Below the pieces are notes generated by a model. It was given only the letters and a program-made list of their open reading frames with translations. It did no database searches and was not told the DNA's origin. A stretch of 64,000 nucleotides of DNA, taken from the NCBI GenBank assembly GCA_002168115.1, contig NHCC01000019.1:60288-124287 (forward strand), written 5' to 3'. The stretch's first letter is position 1. Each line of letters starts with the position of its first letter. A program made the position numbers and the translations under genes. This document shows, in pieces, positions 21,675-31,909 of this stretch. The stretch is from Rhodospirillaceae bacterium TMED23. GTDB taxonomy: Bacteria; Pseudomonadota; Alphaproteobacteria; Rhodospirillales; UBA2165.

Positions 21675-22841
21675 ATGAGTACTAATTTCCAAGGTGGCCT
21701 ATTACCAATTGGTTTATCCGATCTCTTACCTCCAGATGCCGAATATGAAACCCATATTACCGAAGCACTCATGAATTCCTTTGCGTCTTATGGTTATGAT
21801 CGAGTTAAACCACCTTTAATTGAGTTTGAAGAAGTTCTCTTAGGCGGAAGTGGTGAGGCCACGGAGAAGCAAACTTTTCGTATCATGGATCCTGTATCAC
21901 AACGCATGCTTGGCGTGCGTGCTGACATGACAATGCAAATAGCCCGAATTGCCTCAACTCGGTTAGGTGATATTAAGCGACCAATTAGATTAAGTTACGC
22001 TGGACAAGTATTACGAGTTAAGGGTTCGGACTTACGGCCTAAACGCCAGTTTGCTCAAATTGGTGCCGAGTTAATTGGCTCTAACTCATTTCGTGCTGAT
22101 GCTGAAATTGTTTTAATGACAATAGATGCGCTGGAGAATATTGGTATTTCAGATTTAAGCGTAGACCTGTGTGTGCCTAAACTATTATCACTCATTTGTC
22201 TTGATCTTAAAATAGATTCATCATTTGAGTTAGATAACTTAAAAACGTTTTTTAATCAAAAAAATTTACCGGCAATTGAGGGGTTGAAGAAAAAGTTGGG
22301 TAGTGAGGCTGTTGAGATCTTTAAACTAATTCTCAATAGTTCAGGCTCAATCGAAACGGCTTTACCTATCTTGAAAAATATAGGATCAAACGGCTGGGCA
22401 AAAAAACAAATAGAAAACCTCGAAACCGTGGTGACCCTGCTGAGAAAGAGGGCTCCCAATCTAAAAATAACGATCGATCCTGCCGAAAGTAGAGGCTTTG
22501 AATATCATACTGGTATAACATTCTCTTTTTTTTCTTCCGGGATTAATGGAGAGATTGGGCGAGGAGGACGTTACCAAGCTTATAATTCTGAAGTTACAGA
22601 AGATGCAACTGGTGTTTCGTTATTTATTGATAGCATTATTCAGGCGTTACCCAAACCAAAAAGACAAAAAAAAATATTAGTGTCCTCATCTGATTCCTCA
22701 AAAATTAATAATTTGCGTAAAGAAGGATGGATAGTTGTTGAGTACTTCGATGATGTCAGTATAAAGAGTGAGAAAAATACTATCCAATCTGGCTGCACAC
22801 ATTACTGGGATGGCCAGAATATTATAGCGGTGAATATCTAA
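21675..22841 (+). CDS. hisZ: ATP phosphoribosyltransferase regulatory subunit
   Basis: 388 aa, a HisRS paralog pattern (LLPIGLSDLLPPDAEYE, GYDRVKPPLIEFEE, FRIMDP, RLSYAGQVLR) without an anticodon-binding domain. Confidence 0.85.
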   Translation: MSTNFQGGLLPIGLSDLLPPDAEYETHITEALMNSFASYGYDRVKPPLIEFEEVLLGGSGEATEKQTFRIMDPVSQRMLGVRADMTMQIARIASTRLGDIKRPIRLSYAGQVLRVKGSDLRPKRQFAQIGAELIGSNSFRADAEIVLMTIDALENIGISDLSVDLCVPKLLSLICLDLKIDSSFELDNLKTFFNQKNLPAIEGLKKKLGSEAVEIFKLILNSSGSIETALPILKNIGSNGWAKKQIENLETVVTLLRKRAPNLKITIDPAESRGFEYHTGITFSFFSSGINGEIGRGGRYQAYNSEVTEDATGVSLFIDSIIQALPKPKRQKKILVSSSDSSKINNLRKEGWIVVEYFDDVSIKSEKNTIQSGCTHYWDGQNIIAVNI

Positions 22842-22845
22842 TTAA

Positions 22846-24153
<1,308 letters not shown>

Positions 24154-24309
24154 TATTATTAATTTACTCGGATGATAAAAACGGGTAGTAACATAAAAAT
24201 TATGTCGGCAGAAAGTCGACAATGCAGTTAATGTGGTTATAATAAATGAATTAAATAGGAGTGCCTTTTCTATAAGTAACTTTCAAAGGCAGAGACTGAC
24301 GCTAGAAGA

Positions 24310-26490
24310 GTGATCAGATATATGGTGGATGCAATAAATAAATTAGATGGTGGTTCTGAACCGGACAGTAATTTAAAAGAAAATAAATTAACCGGACAGT
24401 TGTCTGTGCCAATTTTAAAGACAAGCAGTCAAATTAGTCCAGAAAACGATGCGGCAATTATGACTGCACAAAAACCAATATCCTTAATTAAAATCGATGC
24501 TGAAATTCCCACAAAATCTGCCGAACGATATGAGGTATATCCCAATTTGCCGCTTCCAGAGTATGATTCAGAAACAGCAAAAGCATTTACAGCGATCGAT
24601 AAAATGCAACCAGACTTATTATTATTTTGTTTGATTTGTGACCCAAATATTCCCATTCGTTTTGATGAACTTAAAAAGCTCTCAGGTCGATCATTGGGGA
24701 ATAATATTATAGTAGAAAACTATGGTAACCTTGATTGGCCTCTTTATGAACAACAATGCCTTGGAATAATTTTTCAACGTCCAGGCGGTCAGAGTATTGA
24801 TAAATATTTTAAATCTGAGGAATTCTCAGATCAAAAAAAATTAGAAATAGCAGAATTAATTCTATTGTCCAGTATTACCGCTTTAAGAAATCTAGATAAG
24901 CTTGGAGTAACTCATCGCAGTATCCGCCCTAATAATATATATTTTTCAGATTTAGGTCATGAGGATATTATTTTTGGTGAATGTGTTACAACACCGCCGG
25001 GCTTCTCTCAGTCGCTTGAGCTAGAGACCATTGAAAGAGGAATAGCTGATGAAGGTAGTCGGGGGAACGGTGACGTTAGTGATGATGTGTATGCGGTAGC
25101 AGCTACCATTTCAATTTTGCTTCGGAATACAAGTTCCTTTAACACTTTAGCTAACGACCAAATTAGTTTTAATAAGATTATTAAGAATAGTTTCAATACA
25201 TTAGTTGAGGGGCGACTAAAATCACAGAAAATATCAAAAGTTCTTGAAGGAATGCTGCAAGATAATATTGAGGGAAGATGGGGATTAAATGATATTGAAC
25301 TATGGCTGGGGGAAGAAATTATTCCATCTAGAGGATACGAGAGAGAGTCTAGAGCTTCTAAAGGGTTATTATTTGATGGTGTTGAGTGTTTTACAAAATT
25401 AACACTCGCATATTCAATGTCTCGAAATCGAAGTAAAGCCATCGAAATTATAAAATCTGAAGCATTAACTAATTGGTGTGAAAAAAGCCTAAGAGATAAA
25501 GTTTTAGCATCTAAAATTAGTCAAGTGACTGATGATTCAATTCTACAAAAAGATAGAGCCAAATATGCTGATGAACTTTTACTCTCAAAAATTCTAATAA
25601 TATTGTGTCCCACATATCCCATAAGCTATAAAAATATTCAATATACTTTAGACGGGTTTGGATCTGGATTAGCGACAGAGCTTTTAAGAGGTGGGGATGC
25701 CAAAATATACACTGAGTCGATTAGTCTGGGACTATTAAACTTTAGATTACAATTAAATAGTGATGAAAAAGTAAAAAATGAAGATAAAATTGAAATTGCA
25801 AATAAAATTAGTCGATATCTACAAAAAGCTGGTCCAGGCTTCGGAGTGGAGCGTTGTTTGTATGAGTTAAATCCTGGGTGCCCTTGTCAAAGTCCAATCA
25901 TAATCAAGGAGAATATATTTTTCAGTTCTATGTTACTTCCTACATTAGATAAAATAGTGGGTATCACAGATACCCAAAAAAGTCCCGTTGATCGGCACAT
26001 AGCAGCTTTTATCGCTACAAAAATAAAAGATGACCTAGAGCAACATCTTTCAGAGATAGGAGACTTTGATAAATCAATTCAAACACTCGGGATGCTAAAG
26101 TTACTTGTTCATATTCAAAACAATTCGAGTTCAGTCCCACTTCTCGGACTGGCTAAATGGGTGGGTGGGCTAATGAAACCATCAATCAGAGTTTATAAAA
26201 GCCGAAAACTAAGAAAAGATATTGAATCAGGCATACCTCAAATTATAAGAAATGGAAATTTAGGTGAGTTACTCAAATTAATTGATGATCCATCGCATAA
26301 AGAAGAAGATAAAATCGGTTATCAAACTGCAATGAACGAATATAAAGAAGCCGAGGAAGCTATCCTAAAAACAGAAAAGAATAGTAACCCAGAGTCTGAA
26401 ATAGCAGTCAAGACAAGCAAGCAAGCAGCATCGGTCATATCAATTTTGATCATGGTTTTTATTTCTTCACTTATACTATTGGCCAACTAA
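24310..26490 (+). CDS. C-terminally membrane-anchored protein-kinase-like protein (predicted pseudokinase)
   Basis: 726 aa. Residues ~70-335 follow a Ser/Thr kinase fold pattern with a degenerate catalytic loop, HRSIRPNN (HRD to HRS, 24913-24921), and IFG in place of DFG (24970-24978). A ~350-aa helical region follows, then a single terminal TM (AASVISILIMVFISSLILLAN). An alternative ATG start is at 24322. Confidence 0.6.
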   Translation: MIRYMVDAINKLDGGSEPDSNLKENKLTGQLSVPILKTSSQISPENDAAIMTAQKPISLIKIDAEIPTKSAERYEVYPNLPLPEYDSETAKAFTAIDKMQPDLLLFCLICDPNIPIRFDELKKLSGRSLGNNIIVENYGNLDWPLYEQQCLGIIFQRPGGQSIDKYFKSEEFSDQKKLEIAELILLSSITALRNLDKLGVTHRSIRPNNIYFSDLGHEDIIFGECVTTPPGFSQSLELETIERGIADEGSRGNGDVSDDVYAVAATISILLRNTSSFNTLANDQISFNKIIKNSFNTLVEGRLKSQKISKVLEGMLQDNIEGRWGLNDIELWLGEEIIPSRGYERESRASKGLLFDGVECFTKLTLAYSMSRNRSKAIEIIKSEALTNWCEKSLRDKVLASKISQVTDDSILQKDRAKYADELLLSKILIILCPTYPISYKNIQYTLDGFGSGLATELLRGGDAKIYTESISLGLLNFRLQLNSDEKVKNEDKIEIANKISRYLQKAGPGFGVERCLYELNPGCPCQSPIIIKENIFFSSMLLPTLDKIVGITDTQKSPVDRHIAAFIATKIKDDLEQHLSEIGDFDKSIQTLGMLKLLVHIQNNSSSVPLLGLAKWVGGLMKPSIRVYKSRKLRKDIESGIPQIIRNGNLGELLKLIDDPSHKEEDKIGYQTAMNEYKEAEEAILKTEKNSNPESEIAVKTSKQAASVISILIMVFISSLILLAN

Positions 26491-26491
26491 A

Positions 26492-27088
26492 ATGACAGAG
26501 GAGACAAATAATCAGGAGGAAAAAAACCCTAGAGTTACAGAAGAAACAGATGGAGAAGAGCCTAAGAAAAGATCCTTGCAACCATTACTATGGGTCATAT
26601 TTATTGCTATTATAATACTGGCTTTTCCAGAAACGGTTATGCTACTTTTTATTGGTATGCTCCCTACTTTCGTGGCATTTATCATTGATCGCTCGCCGCA
26701 AAAATATTTAACCTGTTGCGTTTGTGCAATGAATGTCACAGGTGTTTTTCCAGGGATCCATGAACTTTGGACAACACAAAATAATATTGCATTAGCTTTA
26801 AAAATTGTAACCAACATATTTGATTTATCATTGATGTACTTATCAGCAGCAATGGGATGGTTTATTTATTCTATCGTACCACCGATTATTAGAATTTTCA
26901 TAAAGATCATTGGCCAACAAAGAATTAACTTACTACGCGGTCAGCAACAAAACTTAACATACGAATGGGGAAAAGACGTTGCAAATATTATTATCTCTAA
27001 AGATATAGAAAAAAAATCAAATTCTAATCAACAAAATAACGAGATTAAAGAAAAACCCAATATCGCCCAATCTTCAGCTGGGCGGTAA
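26492..27088 (+). CDS. multi-pass membrane protein of unknown function, translationally coupled to the kinase-like gene
   Basis: 198 aa with an acidic N-terminus, about 4-5 hydrophobic helices and a polar Q/N-rich tail. The ATG lies 1 nt after the upstream TAA. Confidence 0.6.
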   Translation: MTEETNNQEEKNPRVTEETDGEEPKKRSLQPLLWVIFIAIIILAFPETVMLLFIGMLPTFVAFIIDRSPQKYLTCCVCAMNVTGVFPGIHELWTTQNNIALALKIVTNIFDLSLMYLSAAMGWFIYSIVPPIIRIFIKIIGQQRINLLRGQQQNLTYEWGKDVANIIISKDIEKKSNSNQQNNEIKEKPNIAQSSAGR

Positions 27089-27097
27089 AGTGAGGGG

Positions 27098-28090
27098 TCA
27101 TTGTATATGTTTTGACATAAGTTCCTTCATATCATTTGGTAAATCACTTTTAAAATTAATGCGTTTACCTGTAGACGGATGATCAAAGCCAATCAAATAA
27201 GCATGAAGAGCTTGACGGTTTAGGGATGAGATTATCGTTTCAAGATAAACCGACTCCGTTTTAATTACCCTTCTCAAATCTTTTGAACCGTAGGTGGTGT
27301 CACCTATTATTGCGTTTCCAATACTCGTCATGTGTACTCTAATTTGATGAGTACGACCTGTTTCAAGTCGACATTTAACTAATGAAGCCCAGAACTTTCC
27401 GCGTTCACCAATAGGCTTCGTAACTCGATAATGAGTAATCGCATGTTTTCCTCCTCTAGCTACTACAGCCATCTTTTTACGATTACGAGAACTACGACCA
27501 ATTTGATTCTCAATAATTCCCTCTTTATGCTTTGGAACTCCCCAAACAATTGCTTTATAAGCACGATCTAAACTATGATCCGCAAATTGCTTAGCCAAAC
27601 CACGATGAGTAGAATCATTTTTAGCAGCAACTAAAAGCCCGCTTGTGTCTTTATCTAACCGGTGCACAATTCCCGGACGAGCTACTCCGCCAATACCCGA
27701 GAGACTGCTACCGCAATGAGAAATCAGGGCATTTACTAATGTCATATCTTTGTTTCCTGCGGCTGGGTGAACGACTAAACCGGCTGGTTTATTTATAACT
27801 ATTAAATCATCATCTTCATAAACAATGTCTAAATCCATTTTTTGACCAACTGGGATAGGAGACTTCACATCTGGTATGACTATAGAAAAACGTTCACCAG
27901 TTTTTACACTACGAGATGGATTTAAGAGGATTCGGGATCCACAAGAAACATTTCCAGAAAGAATTAATGATTTAATTCTAGATCTTGATAGCTCAATTAA
28001 ACACTGGCTAAGAAATTTATCCAAACGAATATGGCCAACATTATTTTGAACTGTTACATTGAAGTTTCTTCTATTCACTTGATTATACAC
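27098..28090 (-). CDS. rluD: RluA-family 23S rRNA pseudouridine synthase (RluD-like)
   Basis: 330 aa with an N-terminal S4 domain (RLDKFLSQ), the catalytic motif HRLDKDTSGLLV and HQIRVH. Confidence 0.85.
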   Translation of the reverse strand: MYNQVNRRNFNVTVQNNVGHIRLDKFLSQCLIELSRSRIKSLILSGNVSCGSRILLNPSRSVKTGERFSIVIPDVKSPIPVGQKMDLDIVYEDDDLIVINKPAGLVVHPAAGNKDMTLVNALISHCGSSLSGIGGVARPGIVHRLDKDTSGLLVAAKNDSTHRGLAKQFADHSLDRAYKAIVWGVPKHKEGIIENQIGRSSRNRKKMAVVARGGKHAITHYRVTKPIGERGKFWASLVKCRLETGRTHQIRVHMTSIGNAIIGDTTYGSKDLRRVIKTESVYLETIISSLNRQALHAYLIGFDHPSTGKRINFKSDLPNDMKELMSKHIQ

Positions 28091-28113
28091 TCGAAAAATA
28101 ATGGGTTAAAAAA

Positions 28114-28482
28114 ATGTCAAAAAATAAGGCTTTAGTGTTAGTGGTTTTTAGTCTTGGGTTCATAATAATATGTGGTTTAACACTGTTAGGCTACGGGCTT
28201 TATCAGAGAGCATCAGACCCAAACTTCAAATTATTTAATTTTAAAAACAAGTCAAAAATATATGATAACCAAGTTTTAGCTAAAATCCAAAACAAGAATA
28301 AATTAATACCAAAGAAAATCAAAATTACCTTGTCATTAGACGAATGGGTACGCGATGTAAAAACTTTTAAAAATAGACTAGTAATACATATCACTACAGA
28401 CTTAAAGAAAGATAGAATTTTAATTTTAGATACAGATACTGGATTAATTATAACTAGTATTAGCCTGATTAATAAACCATGA
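28114..28482 (+). CDS. small N-terminally membrane-anchored hypothetical protein
   Basis: 122 aa with one N-terminal TM (ALVLVVFSLGFIIICGLTLLGYGLY) followed by a Lys-rich soluble part. Its stop overlaps the start of the JAMM gene (ATGA). Confidence 0.55.
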   Translation: MSKNKALVLVVFSLGFIIICGLTLLGYGLYQRASDPNFKLFNFKNKSKIYDNQVLAKIQNKNKLIPKKIKITLSLDEWVRDVKTFKNRLVIHITTDLKKDRILILDTDTGLIITSISLINKP

Positions 28483-28901
28483 TTTCGATCCAAAAGGCCC
28501 AAATCCTCGATCTCACCAAATATGCAGAAACTGAATATCCTATTGAATGCTGTGGTTTGCTTATTGGAAGGTTTGACCAAGGTAACATTATCATCGAAGA
28601 AATTATTCCAAGTCAGAATATTGCTAAAGGCGATACTCGTATTTTATTCGAAATTGATCCTCAAATTCGAATAAATACTCAAAGAAGGCTTCGCAATTCT
28701 CCTCAAAAAATTATAGGACATTTTCATTCGCATCCCGACGCCCCCCCATTGCCATCACCGACTGACCTCAATATGGCTATTGAGACTGAATTAATTTGGG
28801 CGATAGTTTCAGTCTATAGCGGTATAGTTAATGAAGTAAAAATGTATGGTATCGATATTAGTGGTAATAGCTTCAATGAAATCGATTATAGAGTTTATTA
28901 A
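28479..28901 (+). CDS. JAMM/MPN+ (Mov34) family metalloprotease
   Basis: 140 aa with an intact JAMM motif: E in EYPIECCGLLIG, then HFHSHPDAPPLPSPTD (H-x-H-x7-S-x2-D). Confidence 0.8.
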   Translation: MISIQKAQILDLTKYAETEYPIECCGLLIGRFDQGNIIIEEIIPSQNIAKGDTRILFEIDPQIRINTQRRLRNSPQKIIGHFHSHPDAPPLPSPTDLNMAIETELIWAIVSVYSGIVNEVKMYGIDISGNSFNEIDYRVY

Positions 28902-28925
28902 TTATACTAAACACTGATGCAACCA

Positions 28926-29855
28926 TTAAAAGCCCACCTGATCACCACCCTTTAATGACAGTCTGCTTCTTGCCTCTGCTGGAGTGGCAACCTCAAGAGA
29001 GAGATCCTCAACAATACGTCTAATTTTACTCACTTGTTCAGCATTTGATTTGGCGAGCTCACCCTTTCCAATATATAAAGAGTCTTCTAGCCCTACCCTA
29101 ACATTTCCGCCTAAAATAGCGCCTGTCGTTACAAAATTCATTTGGTGGCGACCGGCTGCTAAAATCGACCACTCATAATTCTCTTCACCAAATAACTTAT
29201 TTGCAATTCTGCGCATATGCATTAGGTTTTCGATATCCGCTCCTATACCACCTAAGATCCCAAATATTGTTTGCACAAAGAACGGTGGCTTGACCAAACC
29301 CCTATCAACGAAATGCGCTAAATTATATAAATGCCCCATATCGTAACACTCAAATTCGAAACGGACACCATGCCCCTCTCCAAGCTCTTTCAAAACCCAC
29401 TCAATATCCTTAAAAGTATTGCGGAATATAAAATCCCGGGTCATCTCAAGATATTCTGGTTCCCACTTATGTTTCCAATCAAAGGGCTTATCAAGGATAG
29501 GAAATAATCCAAAATTCATAGAACCCATATTCAAAGATGTCATTTCGGGACTTGCCTTGAGAGCTCCAGCACATCGTTCCTCTAAACTCATTCCATGCCC
29601 ACCACCTGTGGTTATATTGACAACGGCTTCAGTTGATTGTTTTATCCGTGGCAAGAACTCCATAAATGTATCTGGCGATGGTGTGGGACTACCATCAGGA
29701 TTTCGAGCATGTAAATGCAAAATAGAGGCTCCGGCATCGGCTGCAGCTATAGCACCCTCGGCAATTTCGTTAGGCGATATGGGTAAAAATTCAGACATTG
29801 TCGGTGTATGAATAGAACCTGTAACTGCGCACGTAATTATCACACTTTTAGCCAT
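28926..29855 (-). CDS. 3-keto-5-aminohexanoate cleavage enzyme family (BKACE/DUF849) protein
   Basis: 309 aa. IITCAVTGSIHTP...EIAEGAIAAADAGASILHLHARNP...VNITTGGG is the BKACE TIM-barrel pattern. An AGGAG RBS lies upstream. Confidence 0.85.
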   Translation of the reverse strand: MAKSVIITCAVTGSIHTPTMSEFLPISPNEIAEGAIAAADAGASILHLHARNPDGSPTPSPDTFMEFLPRIKQSTEAVVNITTGGGHGMSLEERCAGALKASPEMTSLNMGSMNFGLFPILDKPFDWKHKWEPEYLEMTRDFIFRNTFKDIEWVLKELGEGHGVRFEFECYDMGHLYNLAHFVDRGLVKPPFFVQTIFGILGGIGADIENLMHMRRIANKLFGEENYEWSILAAGRHQMNFVTTGAILGGNVRVGLEDSLYIGKGELAKSNAEQVSKIRRIVEDLSLEVATPAEARSRLSLKGGDQVGF

Positions 29856-29867
29856 AATTTTTTCTCC

Positions 29868-30638
29868 TTATTCGTTAAACATAGCGACAGCTCGGGTCCA
29901 ACCAGCAGAGGCTCCGCGAATTTTTACCGGAAAACAGGCAATCTCAAATCCCTTTCCAGGAAGCACTTCTAGATTATGTAATTTTTCCAAGTGACAATAA
30001 CCAATTTCCCGGCCAGCTTTGTGGCCTTCCCAAATTAGAGAAGAATCACCAGTTTTCATGTATTTATTATGAACAAATGGCGCATCCCAGCTCCAAGCAT
30101 CAGTTCCAGTAACCCTAACGCCTCTCTCCAGCAAATATAAGGTCGCCTCGCGTCCCATACCGCATCCGGTTGAAACATAATCATCAGAGCCATATGCCTT
30201 ACCGGCCGCCGTATTAACAACGACAATATCTAACTCTTCCAAATCATGTTCAATACGCTCTAACTCTTTTTCAACGTCTTGAGGCAGCACAACATAACCA
30301 TCAGGTAAATTGGTAAAATCCAGTTTCACCCCAGGTCTGAAACACCATTCGAGTGGAACTTCATCAATCGTAATGGCTCGCTCACCTTTATTCATGGTAG
30401 AATGAAAATGATAAGGAGCATCAAGGTGCGTGCCATTATGGGTATTTAGATTAATCTTTTCAATCGCCCACCCCTCGCCATCAGGCAGATCATCAACTTT
30501 TAATCCAGGAAAATAACTAACTACGTCCTCAGCAGTATCTTTGTGGGTAAAATACTCTATTCCAGGGCCAAACCCTGGTGGATCTGACACAACATCATTT
30601 TCAAGATGCATAGAAATATCTACAAAACGCCTTGCCAT
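29868..30638 (-). CDS. cyclase family protein (kynurenine formamidase-like metal amidohydrolase)
   Basis: Motif HNGTHLDAPYHF (HxGTHxDxPxH). I prefer the start at M26 of the track ORF (ATG 30638), which avoids overlap with the upstream gene. Confidence 0.8.
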   Translation of the reverse strand: MARRFVDISMHLENDVVSDPPGFGPGIEYFTHKDTAEDVVSYFPGLKVDDLPDGEGWAIEKINLNTHNGTHLDAPYHFHSTMNKGERAITIDEVPLEWCFRPGVKLDFTNLPDGYVVLPQDVEKELERIEHDLEELDIVVVNTAAGKAYGSDDYVSTGCGMGREATLYLLERGVRVTGTDAWSWDAPFVHNKYMKTGDSSLIWEGHKAGREIGYCHLEKLHNLEVLPGKGFEIACFPVKIRGASAGWTRAVAMFNE

Positions 30639-30646
30639 AATAATCT

Positions 30647-31681
30647 CTATTTGATTACTTGTGGATTGATCGGAGACCCGGTTCCCCGTGAAATTACCAA
30701 AGGCGGAGCACAAAGAAAAAACTCATATACTCCATCTTTAGCGCAATCATCAACCAATTCACGAAGATACCAAATTTCACCATGAACTATTCCGATATAA
30801 GGAATAGTAACCCAATGCCAGGGTTGATTGGTCCCATCGACCGTGGCATTCGGCCTAACTTCAATACCCCACGTATCTGAGCAAATCCCTGCTATTTCTT
30901 TTTCGTGTATCCAGTCAACCGTTTCGAAAGCGAGGCCTGGTGCATCACCCCCGCCGTAACCTCCCCATTCACCCTTATCCAAACAATCAGCCATTTGACC
31001 TGTATTAACGATGACAAAATCTCCACGCTTAATTTCGACGCCCTGTGATTTTGCCGTACGATCCAAATCATTAATTGTAATACCATAACCGTCGGCGAGA
31101 CGTTCTTTCTTCTTATATTTAGCGACGTCAAGGAGAACCCCCCTACCCACCATCTTATCAGCGAATTTTTCTATGCCATTTTTATGAGCCCCAGTTGAAT
31201 CAACAAGTGTAGCCTTATATCCGTTCCACATTTTATCACCTGCAAAAACATGCGATAATGCATCCCATTGGCTGGCACACTGTGTAGGTAGATTGATAAA
31301 ATCATCAGCATATCTTAATCCGACAGTTTTATCCTGGTTGCCAGCGGCAGCATCAGTTCCAGTGGCCATCATATGATGCAGTGGATTCCAGCGACCACCA
31401 AATAAACCATTTTGTGGACCATTTTCATCAAGTTCTAGACCCAACCTAAAAACCTTACCCTTTTTGATTAACTTTGCCGCATCAACTATATCCTGAGGAG
31501 TAATATAATTTAAAACCCCAAGTTCATCATTTTTTCCCCATTTCCCCCAATTAGAAAGTTTTCGGCCTTTGCGAACAACGTCTGCCCTCGTTAATCCTTT
31601 TTTCTTAACAGTTGATTTTTTAACTGCAGGTTTTTTTACTTTAGATTGGACCACCATTTTAGTTCTAATTGCTTTAACCAT
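30647..31681 (-). CDS. cyclase family protein with Lys-rich N-terminal extension
   Basis: 344 aa. The core begins LSNWGKWGKNDELGVLNYITP (cyclase subfamily pattern) and is preceded by MVKAIRTKMVVQSKVKKPAVKKSTVKKKGLTRADVVRKGRK. Confidence 0.75.
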   Translation of the reverse strand: MVKAIRTKMVVQSKVKKPAVKKSTVKKKGLTRADVVRKGRKLSNWGKWGKNDELGVLNYITPQDIVDAAKLIKKGKVFRLGLELDENGPQNGLFGGRWNPLHHMMATGTDAAAGNQDKTVGLRYADDFINLPTQCASQWDALSHVFAGDKMWNGYKATLVDSTGAHKNGIEKFADKMVGRGVLLDVAKYKKKERLADGYGITINDLDRTAKSQGVEIKRGDFVIVNTGQMADCLDKGEWGGYGGGDAPGLAFETVDWIHEKEIAGICSDTWGIEVRPNATVDGTNQPWHWVTIPYIGIVHGEIWYLRELVDDCAKDGVYEFFLCAPPLVISRGTGSPINPQVIK

Positions 31682-31757
31682 AACTCTCTCCCGATTAGAA
31701 ATACTTTTGATTATTCGATTTATACTATTATAGCACTTTTTATCTGTCGAGCGCTAA

Positions 31758-31771
31758 TGATCAATTGCTCA
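31758..31771. promoter_or_regulatory. candidate operator TGATCAATTGCTCA in divergent promoter region (13/14 match to site at 37898)
   Basis: Read directly in gcgctaaTGATCAATTGCTCActagt, between the cyclase operon start (31681, minus) and the dehydrogenase start (31910, plus). Confidence 0.4.
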
Positions 31772-31909
31772 CTAGTTTAAAATTTACTAAGGTTTAAAGT
31801 CATTTGTACTAAAATGGATTAGATATAGATTGGGATAAAAATTAAATATAGTTTATGGTAATATCCACAAATCGATAATAATTATAATTAAAATATGTAA
31901 GGAATCTAA

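Noticed and set aside
25008-25442. 144-aa minus-strand ORF inside the kinase-like gene
   Set aside because: It lies entirely antisense within a longer ORF that has recognisable domain motifs. It has an S/P/L-rich composition typical of antisense frames, with no RBS or family resemblance.
28203-28580. 125-aa minus-strand ORF spanning the small membrane protein/JAMM junction
   Set aside because: It overlaps two co-directional plus-strand genes, one of which has an intact JAMM motif. It has no motifs of its own.
29419-29811. 130-aa plus-strand ORF inside the BKACE gene
   Set aside because: It is antisense to a gene with strong family motifs, with no independent support.
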